Shown: piece by piece, positions 19,771-28,422 of the stretch | How the letters are laid out: each line of letters starts with the position of its first letter | Position numbering within the stretch: position 1 is the stretch's first letter | IMG/VR virus record: IMGVR_UViG_2718218393_000006 | Coordinates: 1 to 64,000 of that record | Origin: a virus | Taxonomy: Duplodnaviria > Caudoviricetes | DNA: 64,000 nt | Strand: one strand, 5' to 3' | Translations under genes and position numbers: made by a program | The notes under the pieces: generated by a model | Told to the model about the DNA's origin: nothing | Databases searched by the model: none | What the model saw: only the letters and a program-made list of their open reading frames with translations

Positions 19771-20055
19771 TTATTCCCCCGCTTTCTGCAGCGCGTTCAG
19801 CCCATCGGTCAGCAGGTTGAAATCCTCCGGCTCAAGGTCACGCAACATGCCCAGGCTGAACGGGCCGGTGAAGTCGTCGGCGCTCACGGCCACCTGGGCT
19901 ATCAGCGCCGTGCGGAAGGCAAACAGGTTGCTAGCCGGCGTGTCCTGCTCTGCGTCGATCAGGTCGCCCAGCTTCGGCGCGCGCAGGGTCATGGACTTGT
20001 AGGTGTTCTGGCCGATCTTCAGGCCGTGCCTCAGGGGAATGGTTTTGGTGCTCAT
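19771..20055 (-). CDS. Tail assembly chaperone (gpE/Mu gp41-like); probable -1 frameshift extension to 19625
   Basis: LRHGL...TLRAP...DL motif upstream of the tape measure; GGGGGAA before the stop with an open -1 frame. Confidence 0.8.
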   Translation of the reverse strand: MSTKTIPLRHGLKIGQNTYKSMTLRAPKLGDLIDAEQDTPASNLFAFRTALIAQVAVSADDFTGPFSLGMLRDLEPEDFNLLTDGLNALQKAGE

Positions 20056-20103
20056 GCCAGCTCCGGGAAAGGAAAAGAACAGGCGCGGGTGCGCCATGCT
20101 GGC

Positions 20104-20142
20104 AGTGTGGGCGGTAGTGGATGGCGGGATAAGGGGTGGATT
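20104..20142 (-). promoter_or_regulatory. Late-promoter-like motif copy 1 (CCCCTTATCCCGCC + CACACT)
   Basis: Same motif and spacing near 35819 and 43872. Confidence 0.6.
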
Positions 20143-20229
20143 CAGACGCGGATATTCACAAGCCACATCTCGTTTCGTTTCTAAGAGGGCAGCACCATGG
20201 AGCTCCCTTTAAACTGCCGAGGAATCGAA

Positions 20230-20595
20230 ATGAAAAAATTTATCCCCCTTGCCATTTTTATTCTTTTCCCCATCGCTTTTGCTCATGCAGATATAGCCCC
20301 CCCAGTATCCGGCTCTCCGGCTCAGACCGAGATGCATGACATATTAAACAAAGTCAAAAACCAATTTGGAAAAACAATACTTTCAAAATGCGCAAAAGAG
20401 GTCTCCTCGGCCCAGTGCCGGGTAAGAATAACCTCCACGGGCATTCATGGAAATCCCGGCCACATTAGCTTAGATCTTACCGGAGCAAAAGTCTCAACCC
20501 TAAAATGCCATATCAATGTAGATCAGAGCAACGAACCAACTGAAATTACCTGCGGCATACTGAATAGATATTTGACAGACCCTCTGGAGAACTAA
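20230..20595 (+). CDS. Secreted Cys-containing accessory protein
   Basis: Signal peptide MKKFIPLAIFILFPIAFAHA; 4 Cys; low GC. Confidence 0.7.
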   Translation: MKKFIPLAIFILFPIAFAHADIAPPVSGSPAQTEMHDILNKVKNQFGKTILSKCAKEVSSAQCRVRITSTGIHGNPGHISLDLTGAKVSTLKCHINVDQSNEPTEITCGILNRYLTDPLEN

Positions 20596-20743
20596 GCAAC
20601 AACAGTTAAAATAGTCAGCCTTTTCAAATACAGTATCTAAAAGGATAGAATTGATAAATTGAAGTGCCTTGGCAATAAGGCGGGGATGCAGGCCTGTAAT
20701 TAAACTTTACAATGCATACCCCGCACACTCTTAGGCGCTCATC

Positions 20744-21184
20744 ATGAAACTCCCCAGTTGGCTGCATCTCGATCTCAAAGACACGCTGTACACAATGACC
20801 ATCATCGCCATGCCCATGATGCTGGTGGTGCTGGAAAGAATGCTCCTCTTCCCCCTGCTGACAGTGGCCAACCTGCGCAACATCCTGATCTTCGAGCTGT
20901 TCGTGTTCATGGTCCTGTTGATGGTCGTACTCCGCACCATCAGCGGCAGCCGGTCCAAGGTCCGCATCTTTGCGGCCGGCTTCAGCCTCATCATCATGGG
21001 CGTCACCGCAGGCACGCTCATCGCCGAGCAGCTGAACTTCCTCCGCTCTGTCTTCCACGTAGACGAAGGCGAGCTTTCCCTCATGGGCAACATGCTGCAG
21101 AACCTCTACCTGTGCACCTCCGCAGCCGTGGGCGGCGGGCTGGTCACCTACTACACCCAGCTGCCGGAGCCAGAACAGAGCTAG
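20744..21184 (+). CDS. Integral membrane protein (about 4 TM)
   Basis: Four hydrophobic segments; followed by a terminator hairpin. Confidence 0.7.
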   Translation: MKLPSWLHLDLKDTLYTMTIIAMPMMLVVLERMLLFPLLTVANLRNILIFELFVFMVLLMVVLRTISGSRSKVRIFAAGFSLIIMGVTAGTLIAEQLNFLRSVFHVDEGELSLMGNMLQNLYLCTSAAVGGGLVTYYTQLPEPEQS

Positions 21185-21214
21185 ACATGAAAAAGCCCCG
21201 CGGATGCGGGGCTT
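21182..21214. repeat. Terminator-containing direct repeat, copy 1
   Basis: TAGACATGAAAAAGCCCCGC-NNN-TGCGGGGCTT, also at 22341-22373. Confidence 0.8.
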
Positions 21215-21237
21215 TAAAACATACCATCTACGTCAGA

Positions 21238-22224
21238 TTACTCCGGAATACACTGCTTTGCGCCCTTTGGCACATAGCACCCGGTTACCTGCGCATGATC
21301 AAAAACACCAACATCAAATGACAAGGCTGGGGAGTTCAACTTAAATTCGACAACTCTAAATACCAACTCCAGTCCAGTTTGATCCTTTGAATAGAAATAA
21401 CTAGTATTCTTAAACAGCTGGCCAATTTTCATACTAACATTGCTATTCGAAATAATATAGCTCAAGTTATCTTGAATATAAGCGCCAATGGGGAAAGTGC
21501 TACCATCGGGCAACTTAATCACTTTGTCTCGCGGAATAATTTGAGCAATACCCGTTTGCCAGTTTTGACCCGCATCAAAATACAAACCATCCTTAACCTT
21601 GGACAGCCCATTACGGACGCCATTCAAAACTATACTGTTCGCTTTATTATCAATCCACTGCCCCAGAAATGGAACCCAGTTCAAAGGCACGCCAAGAAGG
21701 CTGGCATCACAAGAAGTACTAGAACTTGGCGTGGCTGAAAAACTTGCGTCACCACTTGGCTGGCCATTTGATGAGCCATATTGAGCAACCGCGGAAATAT
21801 TATCCAGCCTAATATTTATATCACAATCAGCCTTTAAAACGCCCCACTTGCTTTTTGAATAGCGCGCTCCCGCTGCATAACTAACTCCAGACAACCCCAT
21901 CAAAAGATATCCCGCTGGGTTCGGAGTAATTGTTATATTAGGATCACCCTCGATTCTCCCATAGCTAAATCCAGCACCTTGCTGATTGGCCAACTCAGCC
22001 AACTTTGCATTCAAACCATTCGCCAGTTCATTTTTAGCTTGAGTAAGCTGCTCCAGCTTTTGCATAGCCGCTTGATTTTTCATCAAATCATAGCTAATGC
22101 TCGTACCCTTAAAATTAACTGTAACTAATGTGCTACTTTTTCTTGCAGTACTCAGATACTCCGCATGTGCAAACTGCGCTAAAACTGACAGCATTAATAC
22201 GGGAATTATTTTTTTCTTCATCAC
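21238..22224 (-). CDS. Secreted AT-rich accessory protein (328 aa)
   Basis: Signal peptide ending AHA; long ORF with low GC. Confidence 0.8.
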   Translation of the reverse strand: MMKKKIIPVLMLSVLAQFAHAEYLSTARKSSTLVTVNFKGTSISYDLMKNQAAMQKLEQLTQAKNELANGLNAKLAELANQQGAGFSYGRIEGDPNITITPNPAGYLLMGLSGVSYAAGARYSKSKWGVLKADCDINIRLDNISAVAQYGSSNGQPSGDASFSATPSSSTSCDASLLGVPLNWVPFLGQWIDNKANSIVLNGVRNGLSKVKDGLYFDAGQNWQTGIAQIIPRDKVIKLPDGSTFPIGAYIQDNLSYIISNSNVSMKIGQLFKNTSYFYSKDQTGLELVFRVVEFKLNSPALSFDVGVFDHAQVTGCYVPKGAKQCIPE

Positions 22225-22340
22225 GGGCTCCTTGTAAATTTATTTGTCATATGCATTTAACATTAGAAGCAGCGGGATTGTCAAACTTATTGCCGTTGCG
22301 ATTTCCAACCATATGAACTACAGGCGAAATCAAGACGCAA

Positions 22341-22373
22341 TAGACATGAAAAAGCCCCGCATCTGCGGGGCTT
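22341..22373. repeat. Terminator-containing direct repeat, copy 2
   Basis: Matches 21182-21214 except for the loop. Confidence 0.8.
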
Positions 22374-22387
22374 AGCGCTTCCTATCC

Positions 22388-22447
22388 TCATTCCTTGATC
22401 GCGACGATCAGGGCGATCAACAGAACCAACGAGAGCGTTGGGTCCAT
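22388..22447 (-). CDS. 19-aa hydrophobic peptide MDPTLSLVLLIALIVAIKE
   Basis: Strong GAGGAGG SD 5 nt upstream; terminator just downstream. Confidence 0.55.
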   Translation of the reverse strand: MDPTLSLVLLIALIVAIKE

Positions 22448-22537
22448 GCCGTCCTCCTCACGGGGTTGAACACAGACCTAGCCTATCGTCACGACTCGAA
22501 AGCTTGCATACCGCCTTCAGGGCCACGCCGTCGGCAG

Positions 22538-23116
22538 CTAGCCCTCCCCCGGGTGGAAGCGCTTGCCGTACTCCTCCAGCTTTTGCTTGTTGGTCATCCG
22601 CTTCCAGGCGTTTTGCTTGCGCTGCACTTCCATGTCCAGCGCCAGGCCGTAGCGGCTTTTCAGCAGCTCGGCGGCGGCGAGGTTGCCTTTGCCGAACTCC
22701 TTCACCAGCATCTCCAGGAAGGAGTCGCGCGCCGGCAGCGGCGGGCTGATGCCGGGCTTGATGGCCATGCCGGTGGTCCAGTACTGCCACAGCGCCTCGT
22801 CGCACTCGTTCTGGTAGGCCACGATGCGGTCGCGGATCTCCGGCTTCACCTTGTTGGGGTGGATGGTCATCAGCCAGCCGGCCAGCTTGCGCAGCGGCAT
22901 GCACAGCATGTTCTGCTCACCACCTCCCGAAGGTATGGAGATTATCTCCATACCCCAGCGGCCACCGTTCGCAGAAAGCTTGGCTTGCTGCCCTCTCCAA
23001 TCGATTCCCATCCCTTCAACAATCGGCTTCATCGGCGTGTAGGGCTCGCTGTTGCGCTCCACCAGATAGAGCGTGGCGCCGCGGAACGGCACTGGGGCGA
23101 AGTTCAACTGTTGCAT
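22538..23116 (-). CDS. ant: Antirepressor (P22 Ant N-terminal domain family)
   Basis: PYTPMKPIVEGMGIDW...MLCMPLRKLAGWLMTIHPNKVKPE...YQNECDEALWQYW. Confidence 0.88.
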   Translation of the reverse strand: MQQLNFAPVPFRGATLYLVERNSEPYTPMKPIVEGMGIDWRGQQAKLSANGGRWGMEIISIPSGGGEQNMLCMPLRKLAGWLMTIHPNKVKPEIRDRIVAYQNECDEALWQYWTTGMAIKPGISPPLPARDSFLEMLVKEFGKGNLAAAELLKSRYGLALDMEVQRKQNAWKRMTNKQKLEEYGKRFHPGEG

Positions 23117-23409
23117 GGCGCAGCCCTCCTCTTTCCGGCTTTGACGCCGGCCGGCTTCGTCTCCTTGGGCTGGCCGAAGGCCGTAAGCGATTGCAGCAGC
23201 CGCTCGCGCGCGCACTCCACGCCGTAGATGGCTTCCAGCAGGTCGTGCAGGGTTTCCGGGGACAGCGCGAGGATGAGCGGGGTTTGCCGGGCCGGGAGGC
23301 GGAAAATCTCTCCGCGCAGCGTGTCGGGCAGTTGGTCGAGGTGGGTTTTTACGCGGCTGATATGCCTGAGGGCGCGACGCGCCTCACAGACGGGGTCGAT
23401 CGTGGCCAT
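23104..23409 (-). CDS. Hypothetical protein in the icd-like position before ant
   Basis: AGGAGG RBS overlapping the c4 target site. Confidence 0.65.
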   Translation of the reverse strand: MATIDPVCEARRALRHISRVKTHLDQLPDTLRGEIFRLPARQTPLILALSPETLHDLLEAIYGVECARERLLQSLTAFGQPKETKPAGVKAGKRRAAPCNS

Positions 23410-23455
23410 GGCGGGCCTCCTAGTCGTATCTTTGAGTTCACCCCTTTTGAGAGGG

Positions 23456-23533
23456 TGGCCGGGTGCTCAAAACCGCGACTAGTCGGCGGGCATATTCCCC
23501 TTGCGGGTATTGTATTAGCCGCACACCCGGCCA
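23456..23533 (-). ncRNA. c4: c4-type antisense RNA (P1/P4 immI-like)
   Basis: Closing stem UGGCCGGGUG/CACCCGGCCA; internal CUAGUCG and UUUUGAG complementary to sites at 23616-23638 and 23420-23436. Confidence 0.75.
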
Positions 23534-23649
23534 TAGGACGCGCATTGTCCCACAAATGGGCCAATGCAAAAACTATGGACGCAAAAAAACCGCTGTCTTT
23601 CGGGTGCGGTAACCGCTAGTCGTTTGTGGTGTTTTGAGCACCGGATATG

Positions 23650-23679
23650 ACGATAGCCCGCACGGGCGGGCTATGTCAA
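23650..23679 (-). promoter_or_regulatory. Sigma70-like promoter for the c4-ant operon with a palindromic spacer
   Basis: TTGACA-N18-TATCGT containing the ATAGCCCGC/GCGGGCTAT inverted repeat. Confidence 0.55.
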
Positions 23680-23701
23680 ATGGAACATGAAATCAATGCG
23701 C

Positions 23702-24493
23702 CTAGAGCACCTCTGCAATTTCCGAAAATATCCTAGCAGCCTGCTCCCTTTGAGCCGGCGTCAATCTGCCACAAGCAAGCTCCAAGTTGCTCTGGTCCGA
23801 TTCATCAACCTTAGGTGATCCAGAAGCCATAATAATACCGCGCCACGCGCAAGCACGCGGTGGGTCGTAAGGTGCACTCCCTCGACCGTGCTGGTATTCA
23901 TAAGCCAGATTCCGCTGCGCTTGATAATTTCCCTTCAGTGCTTTCTTCGTCAGGATGGTCACATCGGATGCACCAGCTGCCACACGCTTATCCTCAATCG
24001 CTTTCGCCTCCTCCGCAGACTCCAGCACGGCCATATCTGGTACAGCCATATAGTAGGCACCGCCAGCATTCGCATCCGTAGCCCCGCAAATTGAAGAGCA
24101 CGCTTGCTTGCCGCTGACAATACCCGGCGCATCACCACCACCCATGCTGATCCAACAGTTATGACCAAACGAGCGTGACTGGATTAGCTCCGTATGCTTT
24201 GGCTGGTCTTTGACCTTGAAACTGAGTTCCGCTCCTTGATGCCAACCCAGTTCCCTGGGAGTAGCCACGGTATAAGAGGAAAGCTTGATGTTCTCGAAAT
24301 CAGAAGCGAAAGCCTGAAATTGCGGACACGCTTGATGGAATGCCGCAAGCGCCTGCTCCCCCTTGGCACCTAGGGCTAAAAAAGTGGGGTCTTTCTGATA
24401 CTGAACATGCGCCTCAGGCACCGCTTCACTACATCCGGCCAAGCCCACAATAACCAGGCCCAGCAGCACCGGCTTCATCATGGAGCGTGTCAT
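23702..24493 (-). CDS. Lipoprotein with C-terminal Sel1-like repeat
   Basis: Lipobox LAGC; [15 protein letters not shown]...D...A.AW motif. Confidence 0.75.
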   Translation of the reverse strand: MTRSMMKPVLLGLVIVGLAGCSEAVPEAHVQYQKDPTFLALGAKGEQALAAFHQACPQFQAFASDFENIKLSSYTVATPRELGWHQGAELSFKVKDQPKHTELIQSRSFGHNCWISMGGGDAPGIVSGKQACSSICGATDANAGGAYYMAVPDMAVLESAEEAKAIEDKRVAAGASDVTILTKKALKGNYQAQRNLAYEYQHGRGSAPYDPPRACAWRGIIMASGSPKVDESDQSNLELACGRLTPAQREQAARIFSEIAEVL

Positions 24494-24666
24494 TTTGAGC
24501 AGACCTTCTTGGATTTGCTGATGGAGCCGTCATTGCAGACGAACTTGCCGTTGGAACAGTGCGACACACCGCCCTTCTTTCCAGAGCACGGCTTGTTGCC
24601 GCGCTCGGCCAGGGCCGGCGCTGCCAGCAGGGAGAGGGACAGGAGAGCGAAGGCGAGCTTTTTCAT
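24490..24666 (-). CDS. Small secreted Cys-rich protein, YdcA family
   Basis: [13 protein letters not shown]...[16 protein letters not shown]. Confidence 0.8.
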   Translation of the reverse strand: MKKLAFALLSLSLLAAPALAERGNKPCSGKKGGVSHCSNGKFVCNDGSISKSKKVCSK

Positions 24667-24758
24667 ATTGTGGTCCTCACGGAATGGGAGTGACATTGTC
24701 CCGAATAACGAAATCATCATCAAAGAGAAAAGCCTGCCACAAAGGACAGGCCTCACAC

Positions 24759-26054
24759 TCAAGCCTCTTCATTTCCAATTATCGGCTTCTTCTTTCTTTC
24801 TTCCTGCTTAGATTCAACTTTCTCTTTATTTGCACTTGGAATTATATCTTTTACTGACTCAACCAATTTAGGCAAACCCTTTACAAATTCTTTTGCCACA
24901 TCCATCTCTAATAGCTCATGAAAAGGGCTACCATATACTCGCTTGCCAACATATCGAAGAGGGTGTTCATCCAGTTTTGAGAGCACCGCATTAAATAGCT
25001 TATCTTGATGTGACCACCCTAACTTCTCGGCCTCCTTCACATACCCTTCATATGCAATTGAAACTGCTGCCTTGTAAGAATAATCTTCCGCAAGTCTAAA
25101 TCTCTCATTAATTTGTTTAGTTGACAACCAAGCAACCCACACAGGGCCAGCCATTGATAGAAGCGCCAAAGCCACATTGAAAATAAAGTAAATTTGATTT
25201 TCACTCTTAGCAACGGTGGAAAGATGATCTATCTGAAAATATCCTATCAAAGCACCTGCCAGCAATGCAGAAATCAATCCAGCTATCCACCAACGTATAG
25301 TAACTTTTAAATCATGAGCCCTATGAGTGAATGAACCCGCAAGAGCTGAATTTGTCGATTCCCTCAATGCTTCATAACACTTATCTAAAATCTCATCAAT
25401 CATGCCTGTGCTATTAGTCGCAGTCTCTGAGGCTTGCTCTATTTCCTTTACAAACCCTTTTATTTTAAGTGTTTCCTTTTCTGCCTCTTGTGCACGCTGA
25501 GTTGCCAACCCCACAGCCAAGTTCACCTGCTGCCTATTAAGATCCAAATGCAACATCTCATCACTAGCATTCTTTATCCTTGCCAGCTTATCTCGTATGC
25601 CCTCATACCCATCCAATGCTTCTGTCAACTCATCAATACTATACAATTCAGACTCATCCGACACCACGGCAAACATCTTTGGATATTTATTTAACAAGTA
25701 CTCCTTACACGCCAAATAACTTTCAAATATTGAACTGACATATGGCCCACCCGCACCAAGCACACCCCCCCACATATATTCAGCATTATTTTCAACTACT
25801 GCTGCCAGCGAACCCGCGAGCCTTTCAAAAACTTTTGTATCAATCTCGGATAATGAAAATTGGTATATATGAATCTTATTAGCCAAATCATCAAATAAGC
25901 TTGCCAATTGATCTCTACTTATAGCCGGAGCCCCAGTCATCTCCATTGATAAAACTGTATCCTCCGCGTGAGAAAGCCTAATTACATTCGCTGAATTTTT
26001 TAACGCATGTACTAACGAATCAACAGCATCTATCCCGTCCATTTTCCCGCCCAA
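24759..26054 (-). CDS. Coiled-coil + 2TM membrane protein, putative defence
   Basis: Helical N-terminus, two TM segments, then [19 protein letters not shown]; low GC. Confidence 0.75.
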   Translation of the reverse strand: MGGKMDGIDAVDSLVHALKNSANVIRLSHAEDTVLSMEMTGAPAISRDQLASLFDDLANKIHIYQFSLSEIDTKVFERLAGSLAAVVENNAEYMWGGVLGAGGPYVSSIFESYLACKEYLLNKYPKMFAVVSDESELYSIDELTEALDGYEGIRDKLARIKNASDEMLHLDLNRQQVNLAVGLATQRAQEAEKETLKIKGFVKEIEQASETATNSTGMIDEILDKCYEALRESTNSALAGSFTHRAHDLKVTIRWWIAGLISALLAGALIGYFQIDHLSTVAKSENQIYFIFNVALALLSMAGPVWVAWLSTKQINERFRLAEDYSYKAAVSIAYEGYVKEAEKLGWSHQDKLFNAVLSKLDEHPLRYVGKRVYGSPFHELLEMDVAKEFVKGLPKLVESVKDIIPSANKEKVESKQEERKKKPIIGNEEA

Positions 26055-26085
26055 AAGTAAACAAAATGCATATTATATGCCAAAA

Positions 26086-26249
26086 GAAAACCCCAGCCAC
26101 AAGGCCGGGGTTTGGGTCGGTTGCCACACCGAAGCACTACAAGAGGAGAACGCCATGAAGCACAGGCCCGCGCCGGGCGGTGCAAACAAGAGTGGATCAG
26201 GCCAACTCGGCCGGGTTGCCGGCCGCGGTGACGGCCACGTTGTCGCTCT
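26086..26249. repeat. Diverged duplicate of the tail-tube 3' end + downstream terminator
   Basis: Aligns by eye with 27937-28110. Confidence 0.9.
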
Positions 26250-26463
26250 GCGGCGAAGTCGCAGGGGCCGGTGGCATTTTTGGTCTACTCGCGGATCGCG
26301 CTGCCCATCTTGAGACAAAACGAGCATGCTCTGCGCTTGCTTCCGTCCAGGCACGCTGAACCGCCAATTCCTGCTCCCGGACTTTGGCATCCAGATGCTT
26401 GGCGTACGCGGTTTTCGCGCCCCAGATGATAAGCCATGCAACAACCAAAATAAGAATTCCCAC
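26197..26463 (-). CDS. 88-aa membrane-anchored chimeric ORF ending in the tail-tube C-terminus
   Basis: N-terminal TM; ends VAVTAAGNPAELA versus tube VEVTMAGNPAELV. Confidence 0.55.
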   Translation of the reverse strand: MGILILVVAWLIIWGAKTAYAKHLDAKVREQELAVQRAWTEASAEHARFVSRWAARSASRPKMPPAPATSPQSDNVAVTAAGNPAELA

Positions 26464-26487
26464 CCTTACCCCTCAGTCATTCCAGAT

Positions 26488-27861
26488 CTACTTTATTTTA
26501 GTTAGCAGCTCCATTAAAGATAGCTGCATTCCTTCATCCTTAACTATCCCATCCCCTGACGGCCTAAATAGTGCAGCCAACACTGTTTTTAGATCATCAC
26601 CTTCAGGCAACTTCCCTCTTCTCAGCAGCACCAAATATGTCTTCGCCATAACCACACGTTCAGCCGCATCATTTTCTAAATGTATATGACTTAGCAGAAT
26701 ACGCACTAGAATTCTCACTGCCCAGAAGCCTAGCGTTGAAAGGATCAGCAGCTTTGCGACAGCAAAATGCCAAGTCTCAGGAATATTATCTTCCTTGCCT
26801 GTATCGACAACACCTCTCTCAGCAGTCTTGTTTACCACTTGCCCAGCACTTGCCTGTGTTTTTTTCATTCCTGATGAAGCAGGAGCACTAGCAGTTGAAG
26901 ACATATGAGCAACCGTCTTGCTATTCAAATGCAGTGACAATTCCTTACCGACATCTGAAACAGCAAAAAACATACAAAGAAAAGCAAGTACCATCACGAT
27001 TGCCACCACACCCCCAAAAACATACGATAGCACCCTATGCTTCTTTTGCTTTTTCTCCCAATAAATAGCAGGTGCTTCCAGTGCCTTATTTGCCTCAAAT
27101 GACTTCTTTATAAGATCAAACTCTTTACGTTGCAGATCAACAAAATCGCCCAATTCTTTCTTTACAAAATCCTCTCTCCGGATAGACCACTCATCATGTT
27201 CTTTTTTTAAATTATCAATCCCCGCCTCAGCTTTCTTCTCAATCGACTTAATTCTACCCTGCCAATGATCGTAGTTCTGAGAGAACGCTTTTAAACTTTC
27301 CTCAACACGGTCACATCCAATACGCGCACTTTGTAATCTTTCTTCCACGTCATTCAATGATATTGAATTTCGCTTTATTTGATCAGCCAGCCCAGCTCTC
27401 ACTCCAGATTTATAAATCTGCAGCTTAGACATTGCTTCCGACACCCCCAAAACATCAGTCCCATTCATCGAGGTACACGTATTAACAAGCCCAGACAAGC
27501 AGAACATTAAATATAATGCAGTTTCGTAATCATCTTCCCTTCTCAATTTCTCAAAGAAATTTTTATTTTCATTCATTCTCTCAAGCAGCAATTTCCATTT
27601 ATCAAAAAAATTGCTTAAAGCACTTTTTATATTAGCAAGCCCTACATTCAGCCGCGCCGGAGAGCTTTTTGGGTTACCCCTAGTAACTTTTTCTAATTCA
27701 TCAACCAACCTCCTGATATCTTCAAAGAAGGTAATTTCCTTGGGAAGTCTCACACTATCAACATGGACACGGATCCATTCATATTCTTCCCAAGTCGCAT
27801 TGATTGCTTGGATAGTTTTTTCGAACCATTCAATGGTTTCCTCATGTTTAATTGATTCCAT
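26488..27861 (-). CDS. Coiled-coil + 2TM protein (DUF6161-like), putative defence
   Basis: LEAPAIYW...TM...TM...SHIHLENDAAER...TYLVL...LFRPSGDGIVKD; low GC. Confidence 0.75.
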   Translation of the reverse strand: MESIKHEETIEWFEKTIQAINATWEEYEWIRVHVDSVRLPKEITFFEDIRRLVDELEKVTRGNPKSSPARLNVGLANIKSALSNFFDKWKLLLERMNENKNFFEKLRREDDYETALYLMFCLSGLVNTCTSMNGTDVLGVSEAMSKLQIYKSGVRAGLADQIKRNSISLNDVEERLQSARIGCDRVEESLKAFSQNYDHWQGRIKSIEKKAEAGIDNLKKEHDEWSIRREDFVKKELGDFVDLQRKEFDLIKKSFEANKALEAPAIYWEKKQKKHRVLSYVFGGVVAIVMVLAFLCMFFAVSDVGKELSLHLNSKTVAHMSSTASAPASSGMKKTQASAGQVVNKTAERGVVDTGKEDNIPETWHFAVAKLLILSTLGFWAVRILVRILLSHIHLENDAAERVVMAKTYLVLLRRGKLPEGDDLKTVLAALFRPSGDGIVKDEGMQLSLMELLTKIK

Positions 27862-27936
27862 CGCAACCTCAGTTTAATTTTAAATCGCAACAACAAAGTC
27901 ATTTATTTTGCCCAAATGCATAAGTTCACGCAAACA

Positions 27937-28110
27937 AAAACCCCAGCCGCAAGGCCGGGGTTCGGGTCGGTTGCCACACCGTAGCACTACAAGAGGAGAA
28001 CGCCATGAAGCGCAGGGTCAGTATGGGCCGCGCCGGGCGGTGCAAACAGGGGTGGAATCAGACCAGCTCGGCCGGGTTGCCGGCCATGGTGACTTCCACC
28101 TTGTTGCCCT
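27937..28110. repeat. Tail-tube 3' end + terminator element (native copy)
   Basis: Minus-strand hairpin ACCCCGGCC-TTGC-GGCTGGGGT plus T run; duplicated at 26086. Confidence 0.9.
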
Positions 28111-28411
28111 TCAGCTCCACCTCCCCCACCGTGCCGGCGCTGGCCACCAGGTAACGCTGGCCGCTGTCGGTTTCAAACAGCACCGTCACAGCGTCCAGCT
28201 GCTGCAGCGCCACCACGTCCTCGTCGCTGCCGTGGCGCAGGGTGAACTTCACCTCCCCTCCCACCACTTCCTTGGTGGCCAGGCCGCAGGGGCCGTTGGC
28301 GTCTTTGATTTGCTCGCGGATCTTGCCGCCCACCTTGAGGCTGGCGTCGCCCTCGCTGCGCTTTTTCTGGCCATTGAGCGTGATGTACACCACGCCGGTC
28401 ATGCGTGCCAT
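28058..28411 (-). CDS. Tail tube protein
   Basis: 117 aa directly after the sheath; Mu gpM-like size and position. Confidence 0.85.
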   Translation of the reverse strand: MARMTGVVYITLNGQKKRSEGDASLKVGGKIREQIKDANGPCGLATKEVVGGEVKFTLRHGSDEDVVALQQLDAVTVLFETDSGQRYLVASAGTVGEVELKGNKVEVTMAGNPAELV

Positions 28412-28422
28412 GTTGGGTTCCT

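Noticed and set aside
23349-23564. 71-aa 'Ash-like' ORF
   Set aside because: Overlaps the c4 RNA and its targets; better explained by RNA structure than by a protein
26155-26313. Plus-strand ORF after the strong RBS AAGAGGAG...ATGAAG
   Set aside because: The reading frame is not conserved between the two duplicated copies (indels), so a peptide product is unlikely
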